Origin: the human T2T-CHM13v2.0 reference genome, Homo sapiens
NCBI RefSeq assembly: GCF_009914755.1
Contig: NC_060938.1
Direction: 5' to 3' (one strand)
Length of the DNA: 64,000 nt
Shown here: in pieces, positions 1 to 16,289 of the stretch
Layout: each line of letters starts with the position of its first letter
Position numbering within the stretch: position 1 is the first letter of the stretch
The notes under the pieces: model-generated
What the model was told of the DNA's origin: nothing
Databases searched by the model: none
What the model saw: the letters and a program-made list of their open reading frames with translations, nothing else
Made by a program: the position numbers and the translations under genes

Positions 1-182
1 CTGCCTCAGCCTCCCAAATAGCTAGGATTACACCACCATGCCCAGCTAGTTTTTGTGCTTTTAGTTGAGACAGGGTTTCCCCATGTTGGCCAGGCTGGTA
101 TCAAACTCCTGACCTCAGATGATCCACCTGCCTCAGCCTCCCAAAGTGCTGGGATTACAGGTGTGAGCCACCACACCCAGCC
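1..182 (-). mobile_element. Alu, partial at window edge
   Basis: Reverse-complement Alu sequence. Confidence 0.9.
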
Positions 183-442
183 CAAAATACAGCATATTAA
201 TTTTTAGTTTTTAACTCGTTTTTACAAGTCAATATATATTTTCCCATTAGTCACGTATTTTGTTAATTTACTGCTAACTACAAGGTGTTTTATGTATCTC
301 ATACTCTTTAAAGCATATCAGATTATTAAAATACTTTCCATCTTAAAAAATCAATGATGCCTACTTTGAAAATTACATTGTGTAAATTATTTCACTACTA
401 GTTTTAAAATTTGTATTATACTAATTTTATATTTACTTGCAG

Positions 443-561
443 GGTTTGGGGGAGATACCATTAGATACTCCTTCAGCAAAAGGAAGACGATCTCATACTG
501 GCAGTGTTGGAAATACAAGATCATCATCTGTTTCTAGAGATGCTTTCAATTCAGCTGAAAG
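443..561 (+). CDS. TOGARAM1: TOGARAM1 internal coding exon (GLGEIPLDTPSAKGRRSHTGSVGNTRSSSVSRDAFNSAE-R)
   Basis: ttgcAG acceptor 441-442 and AG|GTAAGA donor. 119 nt (39 codons + 2) with an open frame; phase matches the exon at 12590. Confidence 0.9.
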
Positions 562-944
562 GTAAGATGATGTAATAGTCCTCATCAGAGAAATTACTCC
601 CTTGTGATAGTAGTCTCATTTGGATGTTTTCATAAACTACCCCAGGGGTATTTGCCAAAATTTAATGGAGTTTTAAAAGTTTGCTTAGGATCCAGAAAGT
701 GTGAGGTAATTAGATTTAATAAGGCAATTATATATTTACAGCAACTTGCTTTTATTTGCACTGGACATTAGCAATGCTTTAGTGTTATTGAACTGGTCGA
801 TGTTAGGCCTATTTTGGACAACTCTGATTAATTTTTTAAAAATTTATAGCCTTTATTTTTCCCCCGATTGTAAAGTAATACATAATTATGGTTAAAGGGG
901 AAAAAAAAACCTTTAGAAAATGAAAGCATTACAAGGATTTGGAA

Positions 945-1097
945 GGCCAGAAGTGGTGGCTTACACCTGTAATCCAAGCACTTTGGGAGGCTGAGGCAGG
1001 CAGAATTGTTTGAGCTCAGGAGTTCGAGATCAGCCTGGGCAACATGGCAAAACCCTGTCTCTACCAAAAAAATACAAAAATTAGCCGGGCCTGGTGG
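945..1097 (+). mobile_element. Alu left arm / truncated Alu
   Basis: GGCCAG...CCTGTAATCC...AAAAATACAAAAATTAGCCGGG. Confidence 0.85.
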
Positions 1098-1533
1098 TTT
1101 TTGTTACCTGTGATTTTGAGGTCTTAGTCTTGAATTATTTACATAGACCAATGTCCAGAAGAGTACTGCCTAGATTTTCTTCTTGTATTTTTATAAATGT
1201 AGGTCCCAAATTTAAGTCTTTAATCCATTTAGTTGATTTTTATATAAGGTGAGAGATACTGTTTCATTCTGCATATGGCAATCTAATTTTTTCAGCATCA
1301 TTTATTGAAAAGAGTGCTCTTTCCTCCATGTATGTTCTTGTCAGCTTTGTCAAAGATCAGTTGGTTGTAGATATGTGGCTTTATTTCTGGGTTCTCTATT
1401 CTGTTCCATTAATGTATGTATCTGTTTTTAGACCAGTACCATGTTGTTTGGGTTTTATAGCCTTATCGTGTAATTTGAAGCCAGGTAATGTGATGCCTCT
1501 AGCATTGTTGGTTTTGCTTAAGGTTGCTTTGGC

Positions 1534-1901
<368 letters not shown>

Positions 1902-4268
1902 TTAGGATTGTTTTTTCTAAGTCTGTGATAAATGATATTGGTATTTTGATAGGGATTGCATTCAGACTGTAGACTGCTTTTGGCAGTATGGTCGTTTTAA
2001 TTATTCTGATCCATGAACCTGGGATGTTTTTCCATTTGTTTGTGTCATCTACAACTTCTTTTGTCAGCGTTTTTTAGTTTTCCTTGTAGAGATCTTTTAC
2101 CTCCTTGGTTAAAAATATACTCCTAGGTATTTTATTTCTTTTTTAGTTATTATAAGTGGGATTGTCTTCTTGATTTGTTTCTCAGCTTACTCCTTATTGG
2201 TATATAGAAATGCTATTGATTTTTTTAAGTTGATTTTGTATCTTGACATTTTACTGAATTCGCTTATCAAATCTAAGAGTCTTTTGGTGGAGTCTTTGGG
2301 GTTTTCTAGATATAAGATCATATCATCAGCAAACAGGGATAATTTGACTTTTGCAGTTGGGTGCCTTTTATTTTTTTCTCTTGCATGATTACTTTATCTA
2401 GGACTTATAGTACTGTGTTGAATAGAAGTGGTGAAAGTGGGCATCTTTGACTTGTTCCAGTTCTTGGAATGCTTTCAGCTTTTTCCTATTTAGTATGATG
2501 TTGGCTGTGGGTTTATTGTATATGGCCTTTATTATGTTGAGGTATGTTCCTTCTGTGCCTATTTTGTTGAGGATTTTTATCATGAAGTGATGATGAATTT
2601 TATCAAATGCTTTTTCTGCTTCCTTTGAGATAATCATATGGTTTTTGTCCTTAGCTATGTTTGTGTGATGTATCATATTTTTTTAATTCCGTGTGTTAAA
2701 CCATCCTTGCATCCCTGGTATAAAACCCAATTGATCCTGATATTTTATCTTTTTGACGTGCTGTTGTTGCTAGTATTTTGTTGAGGATTTTTACATCTAT
2801 ATTTTTAGGGGATGTTAGTCTGTAGCTTTCGTCTTTTGTTGTGTCTTTGCCTTGTTTTGGTATCAGGGTGATATTGGCCTCATAGAATAATTTAGGGCAG
2901 ATTCCCCCTCTGCAATTTTTGGAAAGTTTCAGGATGATTGGTATAAGTTTTTGTTTTATTTATTTATTTATTTATTTGTTTGTTTGTTTATTGTACATTT
3001 GGTAGAATTCGACTGTGAACCCATCTTGTCCTGTGGGGTTTTTTTGCTTACTGATTCATTCTCACTACTCACTGGTCTGTTCAGGATTTCTGTTTCTTCC
3101 TAGTTCAATCTTGGGAGGTTGTATGTTTCCAGGAATTGAAATGTAGTTGCTCATAATAGTCTCTGATGATCCCTTGTTTATTCTGTCGAATCAGTCCTAA
3201 TGTCTCCTTTCTGATTTTGTTTATTTGGATCTTCTGTCTTAAGCTAGGTAGCGATTTATTAATTTTATCTTTTTGAAGAACCATTGATGAATCTTGCGGG
3301 GTATGGGGGTTATTTCATTTAGTTCTCATCTGATCTTTGTTACTTATTTTGTTTGGCTAACCTTGGGGGTTTGTTTTATTATGTTTTTTCTAGTTCCTTG
3401 AAGTGTGATGTTAAGTTGTGATCTTTTTACTTTTTTGTTGTTTATTTTTTTTTATAGAGACAGGGTCTCACTCTGTTGCCTAGGGTGAAGTGTAGTGGCA
3501 TCATCATAGCCCATTGCAGCCTCAAATTCTTGGGCTCAAGCAATCCTCCTGCCTCAGCCTCACGAAGTGCTTTCTACTTTTTTCATGTAGGCATTTAATG
3601 CTATAAATTTCCCTCTTAACACTGCTTTTGCTGTATCCCACAGGTTTTGGTATTTTGTGTTTCCCTTTTCATTTACTTCAAAAAATGTTTTAAATTTTTG
3701 TCATTGACTCTGTGGTCGTTCAGGAGTATGTTGTTTAATTTCCATGTATTTGTATAGTTCCTAAATTTCATCTTGGTATTGATTTCTAGTTTTATTCTGT
3801 TGTGCTCTAAGAAGATACTTGATTTGATTTCAGTTTTTAAAAATTTGTTGGGACTTATTATGTGACCTAATATATGGTCTGTGTTGAAGAATGTTCCATG
3901 TGCTGATGAGAAAGATGTATATTCTGCAGTTTTGGGGTCAAATGTTCTGTAAATGTTTGTTAAGTCCATTTGGTCTAAAGTTCAATTTAAGTTCAGTGTT
4001 TCTTTGTTAATTTTCTGTCTCAATAATCTGCCTAGTACTGTGAGTGGAATGTTGAAGTCCACACTCAAAACAGGATTGTTTTGCTGTCTCTTTCTTTAGG
4101 TCTAGTAAATATTTGTTTTATGAATCTGGGTGATCCAGTGTTGGGTGCATATATATTTGGGATTGTTATAGCTTCTTGCTGAATTCATCCCTTATCATTA
4201 TCATCCCTTCTTTGTCTTTTTTTTTACTGTTTTTGATTTGAAGGTTGTGTTATCTGATGTAAACATAG

Positions 4269-4604
<336 letters not shown>

Positions 4605-4957
4605 TAGAATATCTTTTTCTACCCCTTTAATTTTAGTCTATGTGTCTTTTCAGCTAGAGTGAGTTTTTTATAAGCAGCATATAGTTGGATCATGTTTTTT
4701 ATCCAGTTTGCCAATCTGTAACTTTTAAGTAGAGCATTTAACCCATTTGCATTCAAGGTTAATATTGATATGTGAGATTTTGTTCCTGTCATATTGTTAA
4801 GTGTTATCTCCCTGTTTTATAAATTATTTGTTTCTTTTTCTCTGTTTTCGTGGTTTGGTGGAATTCTGTCATGTTGCCATTTGATTCCTTTCTCTTCCTT
4901 TTTATGATTGCTTTATATGACCTATGAGTTTTATACTTTCTTATGTTCTTATGATAG

Positions 4958-5706
<749 letters not shown>

Positions 5707-5925
5707 CACTATTGAAAAATTATACGAATACATCATATTCATAGTATACATAGGTATCTCTCATATTTTCTGTATTTGTTTATCTTTGAAATATTTCATA
5801 AACTAAAGTAATGACATAAAAAATAAAGCTGTATGTGAAAATATATGCTTTGGGACCTTGATATTTTAAGTACAGCCCACAAAACAGCCACATTGACATC
5901 ACCTAGGAGCTTTTTAGAAATGCAA

Positions 5926-6527
<602 letters not shown>

Positions 6528-6699
6528 AGAAATGCAAAATGTTATTCTCCTTCCAGACCTACTAAATAAGAATTGGTAATTTTTCTACCTTGATATTATA
6601 TAATCTCATAAGATCCTGGATCAGATATCTTGGTCAAAAAATGTTTTTTGGAACCCATTAAAAAATGCTTTCTTAACATCTATTCAGAGCATACTGTGT

Positions 6700-9480
6700 G
6701 GGAGGCCTTTTCCAAACACTTAACTTATTTCATAGATATTTCTCAAGTTGGGTTTATCTGATATTTTCTCACAATTAAAAGAAGTTATGCAAGAACACCA
6801 CAGAAGTGATGTTGTACCCTTCTCACTGTATTACATCACAAGGTACATGATGTTGTTATGTCTTACTACTGATAACTTTGATCATTAGCTTATGGTGGTT
6901 TCTGCTAGGCACTGTACTATTTTTCCATTTATAGTTAATAGATATCTTTGGAAACTTTGAGACTGTGTAAATATCCTATTTCTCACCATACATATGCCCA
7001 CTAATTTTATCCACCACTGAGAGATTTTGCCTACAGCAATTAGTACATGGTTTTTTGCCTAATAATGATCTATTTTCTTGATTTCTTCTATATTCATTGG
7101 TTGATTTTTTTCTTTACAGAAAAACTGTTCCATTTCCTTCATATGTTTATTTATGCAAATATTCATTTATATTCGTGAAGACTAATGGATTTCTATTTTA
7201 TTCTGTGGGGTATAATCAATCGAATACTGCCATTATTTCCCTCTTCAAATGGTTCTAGCTTTAGGAGCTCCCTCGGGTTGGCTGCTGTGCTTTTACAACA
7301 TGCCCCATCCATTTACTTTCTGTCAGCAAATGATTCTCCAGCATCTTCTTGTATTTCATTTCCTCCTTTCAAATCTGTATGCATCTAATTTATTTTTCCT
7401 ACCTTAATACTGTGCTGGTTAGAATATCAAATATAATGTTAAATAGAAGTAATAACAGACATCTTTACCTTATTCCTGATCTTTGGGACAAAATGTTTAG
7501 CATTTCACCACTGTGTATGATATTAGCTGTAGGTTTCATAGAAAGCTCTTTATCAAATTAATGAAGTTTCCTTCTAGTTTGTGAGTTTTTAATCATGAAT
7601 GAGTGTTGAATTTTTCTCAAATGCCCTTCCAGCATCTATTAAGATAATTATATTTTTTGTTTATTTTGTTACTATTGTGAATTATGTTATTAAAAATGAT
7701 AACTTGTATTCCTTGGATTAGCCCCACTTGGTGATGATGATGTGTGATATTTTTAATATATTACTGGGTTTTATTTACTAAAATTATTTAAGTATTTTTG
7801 TATCTATAATCATGAGGTCTTTAGTTTCCTTGTCTTAGAATGTCTTTGGATTTGGTATTGGGATAATGCTGAATAATCCCTTGTGGTTTCTTCTTTAATA
7901 CAGGTGCTATTTAGAAGTGTATTTAATTTTCAAATATTTGGAGATTTTCTAAATATCGTTTTGTTAATGATTTTAAATTTAGTTCTGCTCTGTCATTGAA
8001 CATGCTCCATAGGATTCTAGTTCTTTTAAACTTCTTGAGACTTGTTTTATGGCCCAGCATGTGTTCTATATTACTGACTATTTTATATCTACTTGAAAGA
8101 ATGTACATTCTGCTCTTGTTGAATGTAGTATTCTATAAAATGTCAGTTAGGTTAAGTCGGTTGTTATTCAAGTGTTCTATAATCTTACTGATTTTTTTCT
8201 ACTTGTTCTATCAATTGCTGAGATAGGAGTATTGACATCCCCAATGTATTTGTGGATTTATTTATGCTTTCTGTTGTATCACTTTTTGCTTCATGTATTT
8301 TGATCCACTGTGATTACGTTTAAATACATTGAGGATAGTTGTGATTTCTGATAAATTGGTCCTTTTGTCATTATTAAGTACCTTTATCGCTGGTAATATT
8401 CTTTGTCCTGAAGTCTATGTTAGTAGACTATTTTAGTTTTCTTTTGATAGAAGATTTGCATGGTATGTCTTTCTTTAAATTACAGTGTTACGGAGACGTA
8501 ATTCACCTACTATATAATTCATCTATTTAAGACATGCAATTCAATGTTTTTTAGTACACATGGTGTCCAACTTAGGATCGTTCAACTTACGATTTTTCAA
8601 CCTTACAATGGTGCAAAAGCAGTATGCATTTAGTACAGTAGAAACTGTACTTTGAGTATTCATACAATCATTCTGTTTTTCACTTTCAGTATAATATTCA
8701 ATAAATTATTCATTATAAAATAGGCTTTGTGGTAGATTATTTGCCCCAGTATAGGATAATGTAAGTGTTCTGAACATGTTTAAGGTAGGCTAGACGTATT
8801 GAATGCATTTTTGATTTAAAATATTTTCAACATACAGTGGGTTTATCGGGATGTAACTCCATTGCAAATCGAGGAGCATGAGTATATTCATTGAGTTGTG
8901 TAACTGCCATCATAATTTTAGAATATTGTTGTCACCTTAAAAGAAATCTCATACTTATTAGCAGTCATGCCCCATTTCTCAACAATCTTCCCTTCCCCAG
9001 CCCTAGGCAGTTTGTCTTCTGTTTCTATGGATTTGTTTATTCTGGACATTTCATATAAAGGAAATCATATGATATGTGGTCTTTTGTGACTGGCTTCTTA
9101 TACTTACGTTTATATTAAGGCTTATCCATTTTTTTTAATCAAAATATCAAGGGCTCTTCCATGTTATAGCATTTATCAATACTTCATTCCTTTTTATGGG
9201 CAAATACTATTCCATTCATCCGTATATGGATATAGCACACATTGTTTATCTATTCATCAGTTTGGTTTTGTTGTGGACATATGTTTTCAGTTCTCTTGGA
9301 TGTGTAGGAGTGGAATTGCTGGATCATATGATAACTCTATGTTTAATCTTTTGAAGAACCAGCAGAAAGTTTTTCCAAAGTGCCACCATTTTACATCTCA
9401 CCAGTAGTGTAAAAGGGTTCAATTTTTTCACATCCTCACCAATACTTGTGATTATTTCAGTGGCTATAAACTAGTATCTC
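6700..9480 (-). mobile_element. Highly diverged L1M fragments; boundaries approximate
   Basis: ORF 7923..8108 is L1-EN-like (IEHMLGHKTSL.KF). L1M 3'-end-like sequence at 8890-9480. Confidence 0.7.
8557..8883 (-). mobile_element. MER47A-like (Tigger/TcMar) DNA transposon
   Basis: Reverse strand reads ..TGCTCCTCGA.TTG.AATGGAGTTACATCCCGATAAACCCA.., matching the recalled MER47 end. Confidence 0.75.
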
Positions 9481-9491
9481 ATTTGACAAAG

Positions 9492-9791
9492 TTTTTTTTT
9501 TTTTTTTTTTTTTGGAGACAGAGTCTCGCACTGTCGCCCAAGGTGGAGTACAGTGGCGTGATCTCACTGCAACCTCTGCCTCCCAGGTTCAAGCAGTTCT
9601 CCTGCCTCAGCCTCCTGAGTAGCTGGGACTATAGGCGCGTGCCACCATGCCCAGCTAATTTTTGTATTTTTAGTAGAGACAGGGTTTCACGATGTTGGCC
9701 AGGATGGTCTCCATCTCTTGACCTTGTGATCCACCCACCTCGGCCTCCCAAAGTGCTGGGATTACAGGCGTGAGCCACTGGCTTCTCGCCC
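9492..9791 (-). mobile_element. AluS
   Basis: Poly(T) plus reverse Alu; TSD GACAAAG. Confidence 0.9.
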
Positions 9792-9799
9792 GACAAAGA

Positions 9800-10250
9800 T
9801 TCTTCTGGACCAAACTGTAGACTTGCTTCTCTAAGCCCTATTTTCAATTCGGCCTTGACCTTGGGCCCTGTCCTTGACCTGCCTAACCCAGTCTTAGCAA
9901 GGTATCCTGCTAGCTCATCTCTCCTTCCTTTGATATGTTATCACCCTTGATATCTGATCAAGTTCCTCACCCCCACCACCTTTGATGTATAAGTCTTTGG
10001 ACTTCCTTTAGCACACATCTTATTAGGCCAGTTTTGCAAGAAACTTCCTACTTTTTAATGTCTCCTCTTAGTAATTTTCTATCCACTGACCCCCACCCCC
10101 CGCTCTGGTTGTGGGCCATAAATCCCTATCTGTCTTTACTATAGTCAGAGTTAAGAACAGTTGTTCTCCCTTATTGTAGTAGTCATGATCCCTCTTGAAT
10201 AAAGTCTTTCTTACCATTTTAACAAGTGTGAAAATAATTTTTCTTTAATG
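9800..10250 (+). mobile_element. ERV1-class LTR fragment (MER39-like)
   Basis: 3' end gaataaagtctttcttacc..ttaacaagtg..ttttctttaa; similar to the element at 29190-29664. Confidence 0.6.
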
Positions 10251-11307
10251 CATTGTGGTTTTTGCTTGTATTTCCTGGTATGTCTTCTTAATTAAAAAAT
10301 ATATTTTTTATTAATTTTTAATAAAAAGAGATGGGGTCTTGCTATGTTGCCCAGGCTGGTGTTGACTCCTGGGCTCAAGTAATCCTCCAGCCTCGGTCTT
10401 CCAAAGTGCTGGGATTATAGGTGTAAGCCACCATGCCCAGCTTATGTCTTTTTAAAGAGCATTTTTCTGGGCAGTACGTGACTCAGTCTTGTCTTTTTTG
10501 AGGGCAGGGTCTTGCTCTGTCATCCAGGCTGGAGTGCAATGACGTGATCATGGCTCACTGCAGCCTCGACCTCCCAGGGCTCAAGTGTCCTCCCACCTTA
10601 GCCTCCCGAGTACCTGGGACTACAAGCCCATGCCACCCCTACCCTGTCACTCAGCTAGTTTTTTGTATTTTTTGTACAGATGAGGTCTCAATTTGTTGCC
10701 CAGGTTGGAGTCTTGTCTTATTACCAATGTAACAGTCTCTGCTTTTTAATCAGGGTATTTGACCATTTAGGTTTAAAGTAGTTATTCGCATGGTTGAATT
10801 TAAGCCTCTCATTTTGATAGTGTTTTTCTATTTGTCTTATGTTTTCTGTTTCTTTTTCTTCTTTTTGTGCTTGGTATAAGATTGATTGAGAGGTAGGGGG
10901 TGTGAGTGCGTTTGTGTGCATTTTGGTATTTCATGTATTTCCTTCATTAGCTGTATCTTTTTGTTCCTTTTTTAAAGTGGTTGATCTAGACTTTATAATA
11001 TTATAATGTGCATCTTTACTGTCTCACAGTATACTTTCAAATAGTATTAGACCACTTTAAGTATAATGTAAGAACCTTACAATATACTTACATTGAGCTT
11101 ACTTGCAGTGAGCCAAGATCATGCCACTGCACTGCAGCCTGGGTGACAAAGTGAGACTCTTTCTCAAAAATAAATTAAAAATTAAAAAAATAAAATAGAT
11201 AGAAAGATAGAGTGAGACTCTGCATCTAAAATAGATAGACAGATTGACCAACCAACCTACCTGTCACTTTGCATGACTCTTTAGTTTCAAAAGGATGATC
11301 ATCTAAA

Positions 11308-11548
11308 CAGGGGTGTCCAATCTTTTGCTTCCCTTGCCACACTGCAGAAGAATTGTCTTGGCCACACATAAAATACACCAACACTAATGATGGCTGATGA
11401 GCTAAAAACAAAAAAACAAAAGAAAAAACATTCACATATACACAAAAATCTCATAATGTTTTAAGAAAATTTATGAATTTGTGTTAGGCTGCATTTAAAG
11501 CTGTCCTGGGCTGCATGCGACCTGCAGACCATGGGATGGACAAGCTGG
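11308..11548 (+). mobile_element. MER30 (hAT-Charlie) DNA transposon
   Basis: CAGGGGTGTCCAATCTTTTG...GGACAAGCTGG matches the recalled MER30. Confidence 0.8.
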
Positions 11549-11674
11549 ATCTACCACATTGAGTTACCCCTTTATAGCCACGAAAAATATTATGCTATGA
11601 ATACTGTCATTGCCATAATAATTCCTGCTGGTCTCTAGTTTCTCATTGTCCCATGAGTGTTCTCACGGATACTT

Positions 11675-12440
11675 TGCAGGAAAGAGTTAACATAACAGGG
11701 CCCAAGACTGCTATTCTTAGAAAGGCCTGCTTAGAGAGATTGCCCATTGGTTGACATCTGGGAACTTAGGTTTTGGAAAGATTTCAACTATTCCTCATAA
11801 GAGTGGTTCACTTAATCTTCTCTGGAGGATGAGTTTTTTGAAAGAGGTTCAAGGTAATTTATCTAGATCTCAACGGGCAAGGAAGCTGTTCAGAAAAAAG
11901 TTAACATTGCAGTCCTGAGACTGCTATCCCTAAAAAAGGCTGCTTGCAAGGTTAGCTCTTCGCTGACATGGGAAACTAGGATTTCAAGAGGATTCCCACT
12001 ATGCCCTAACTGATAAGATAGTTTACTGCGCCTAAATTGTTTGGGCAAACAATATGGTTTATGCTGGAGGCCTGGTTTCCTTCTGGGAGTCTGGAATTTT
12101 GGTATGTCCTAGGCAGACAGTCCCTACATTACCAGCTCCCAGTGAAAACTCTAGACATGAGGCCTCTAATAAGCTTACTTAGTAGACAACATTTCACATA
12201 TGTTGTCATAACTCATTGCTGAAGGAATTGTGTTCTGTGCGACTCTACTGGGAAAGGACTCTTAAAAGCTTAGATCTGGTTTCCTCTGGTCTTTGACTTG
12301 TGCACCTGTTCCCTCAGCTGATTTTGTTTGGTATCCTTCTGCTGTAATAAATTTTAGCCATGAGTAAAAGTATAGGCTAACTCTTACGAGTCTTCCTAGC
12401 AAATATCCAAATCCAGGGGAGATCCTGGGGACCCCCAGGA
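11675..12440 (+). mobile_element. MER68-like LTR (11888-12440) preceded by a partial 5' copy (11675-11815)
   Basis: aaagttaacat..gactgctat..aaagg.ctgctt occurs twice; LTR ends aataaa...ggggacccc. Confidence 0.65.
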
Positions 12441-12589
12441 GAGATACTGTGGCTATGGGTTAGCCACAGTTTTTTGCATTTTATGCATTTTGGAAAATGA
12501 ATGCATAATGAGATTTTTAAATTATGTTTGTATAATAGTTTTTATAGGAAAGTACAAATGAAATTACCTTCACCTTTCTTTCACTTTAG

Positions 12590-12779
12590 AGCTGTAACTG
12601 AAGTTCGTGAAGTCACCAGAAAATCAGTCCCTCGTAATTCCTTAGAAAGTGCTGAGTACCTTAAACTCATAACTGGCTTATTAAATGCAAAAGACTTTCG
12701 TGATCGTATTAATGGGATTAAGCAGCTTTTATCAGATACAGAAAATAATCAAGACCTTGTTGTTGGAAACATTGTGAAG
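12590..12779 (+). CDS. TOGARAM1: TOGARAM1 coding exon (AVTEVREV...DLVVGNIVK), start of the C-terminal TOG/HEAT-like region
   Basis: Pyrimidine tract + TAG acceptor and AAG|GTAAGG donor. 190 nt, phase 2 to 0, within ORF 12501..12800. Confidence 0.93.
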
Positions 12780-14435
12780 GTAAGGACTTGTCAGAATTAA
12801 TTTTAATGTGGGTATGGTGGCTCACGCCTGTAATCCAAGCACTTTGGGAAGCCAAGGTAGAAGGATCTCTTGAGGCTAGGAGTTCAAAGTTCAAGCCCAA
12901 CCTGGGCAACATAGCAAGACCCTGTCTCTACAAAAAAGAAAATAAAAATTTATTTTCATTTGAAATCTATGTCAAATGAAGTTTATCAGTTTAAAACATT
13001 GCCCTAAATCTTAGTGTTTTATATACCTTCTCTCTATATCTATATACAAATTACACAAATTTAAAATGGAATGTAACTAATAAATTACTTATATACATAT
13101 CATATATAGATATATAATTCTCAAGTGTGAAAATAAGCTTAGTGAAAAGAATGGATTTTCTAGGTTTTTCTAGGTTAAAAGCATACTAGAACAACTCAAA
13201 GTCACTGAAACAAAGTAAGAGGATAGCTATTTATTAGTCTGAATCCTGCCACAAGATGGTAAGCTCCTTGAAACTGCTATATTCTCAGAGCTCTCAGAAC
13301 CTGGCATCTAGTAAATATATGTTGAATTAATCAATACATATTTTTAAAAAGCAAAGACAGATAAGAGACTTGATATTGCTTTAGAACAGATAATAAAACT
13401 TTCCATATGTGGGTTAGAAATCTCTATATACTGACTCCTGTGTACCTATCTTTAGGAAGACAATAAGCAAAAGAAAGGGAAATATTAATAAATATTCATC
13501 ATGTCAGAGCATAGATTATTTTTGCTTGATCAGAATTTAGTTCAGTTAATTCTATTAATAATTTATTAATTAAATTTCATTTTAAATTTGTGTAATGTGC
13601 ATTATACTTGGCAAACATACCATAAGTACTCTTTACTTCTCATGGTATTGTCTCAGTTTTCTGAAGAAAAGAACCATATTACCATGTCATGGGAGCCAGA
13701 AAGTTATATTTTCTGATATCTATTGAGTAAAAATAAATCTCTTGGGAAGATTATTCTTAACATGAAAAATAATAAATAAGTATTAGAAATTATTAGTGAA
13801 TAGTCTCAGCTCATAGAGTAGCTCTTCACTCACCTGACATGACTAAAGGATTGTTTAGCATTCACTTTATTATATCTTGAGTTTATGAAAGTTAAGGATT
13901 CTGAAGAGCAAGGAATTATTGTTAAAAGTTTTCAGGTTAAGAGATAATAATACAAATTTAACTCTGAAATTGCATCTAAAATTTTCATAATAAACCTAAA
14001 CTGAAACTAGGTTAAATCTCCACAGTAAAACTTACAAGTCTACTTCTAGTGTGAAAAGAGATAAAAACAGAAACTTTTCTAAGTTCTTAGAGTTAGCTAA
14101 GCTAACCTCCATCTTCCAGAAAACAAGATGTTTATCATATTTACAGTCAGTCAGTCAGTCATCTGCCTACTGAGCCACATTTTTCAGCCTTTATTAGGAT
14201 GTCTTTTGGGGTGATTTTTGAGGCCTTCTCTTTTTGTTACAAGAAGATTTGACACTTAGATTTAGTACCCAAATTTTTATAAAGTTCCTGTTATCCAAGT
14301 TCAGGCAAAATAGGATGTTGTGTATATATTTAAACTGAGTAAAGTAGGAGAAATATTATGACATGCCAAGATACTTATAAATACAATAGCTATAAAAATC
14401 ATTTTACTTTAAATAATTTACCAATTTATTTTCAG

Positions 14436-14655
14436 ATTTTTGATGCTTTTAAATCTCGACTTCATGATTCTAATAGTAAAGTAAATCTGGTGGCTCTGGA
14501 AACAATGCACAAAATGATTCCTCTACTTAGAGACCACTTATCTCCTATAATCAACATGCTAATTCCAGCAATAGTGGATAACAATCTGAATTCCAAGAAT
14601 CCAGGCATCTATGCGGCTGCTACAAATGTTGTTCAGGCACTGAGTCAGCATGTAG
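14436..14655 (+). CDS. TOGARAM1: TOGARAM1 coding exon (IFDAFKSRLHDSNSKVN...QALSQHV), HEAT-repeat-like
   Basis: ttttcAG acceptor and TAG|GTAAGA donor. 220 nt, phase 0 to 1, within ORF 14358..14735. Confidence 0.93.
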
Positions 14656-15103
14656 GTAAGAAATCTTACTTCGGCACTCAAATTATTTTCACTTTCTTTT
14701 CATGTTTTCTGATTCCATCCATACTTTTTTTGTAATGCTGAAATCCTAGTTATTCAGTTTTTTAAACTTAATATTATCATAAAACTTTCTATTCTCAATG
14801 GTTTTAAAATTATTTTTAGTGATTAAATTCTGTCCCATTAAATTGACTTTCTTTTCCCTTATCTGTGACTTTTATTTCTTTTTCTGCCTCAACCTCACAT
14901 CTGCTAACAAAACTAACTCAATACTTCGGCATGAGATGATCCAGAAATAAAATAAAGAAAAAAATATAAAAATAAGAAAATAATAATAAATAAACTAACT
15001 CAAAATGGATCGTAGAGTTAAATGTACAACTTAAATGTAAAACTTTTAGAAGATAACATGAGAAAATCTTAGGACTTGGTGAAAAGTTTTACATATGGCA
15101 CTA

Positions 15104-15388
<285 letters not shown>

Positions 15389-15912
15389 TTAAAAAATTAA
15401 AAAAAAATAGATAAAGGGACAAGCTACAGACTGGGAAAAATATTTTCAAACCGCATATTTGACAAAGAACTCATACCTAGAATATGTAAAGAAATCTCAA
15501 AGCTCAACATAAAAAAAAACTCAAATAAAAAAATAGACAAAAGACCTGAAAAAATATTTAAACCATGAGGCTATACGGATGGCAAATAAGGGAGGATGTG
15601 TGACTGGTCAAATAAGCAAGTGAAAAGATGTTCAACATCACTAGCCATCCGGGAAATGCATATGCAAGTTAAGGCCATGATCACCACACAAGTATTAGAA
15701 CATCCAAAATAAAAAATAGTGACAATACAAAATGCTGACAAGATTACAGAGAAACTACATCTCATACACAGCTGGTGAGAATGTAAATAAAATGGTACAG
15801 CCACTCTAGGTTTGGCAGTTTCTTTAAAATCTAAATATACCATGGAATACTACTTAATAAAAAAGAACAAAATATTAGGAACATGAAACAAATTTGTATA
15901 AAAAGATTATTC

Positions 15913-16219
<307 letters not shown>

Positions 16220-16289
16220 TCATGTCCACGTGGAATTTATCCCAGGGATGCAAGGATGGTTCAACATATGCAAATGGATGGTTCTTAAG

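Noticed and set aside
2398-3969. RT-like and endonuclease-like ORFs as an active retroelement
   Set aside because: Fragmented, Alu-interrupted, ancient L1 ORF2 remnants.
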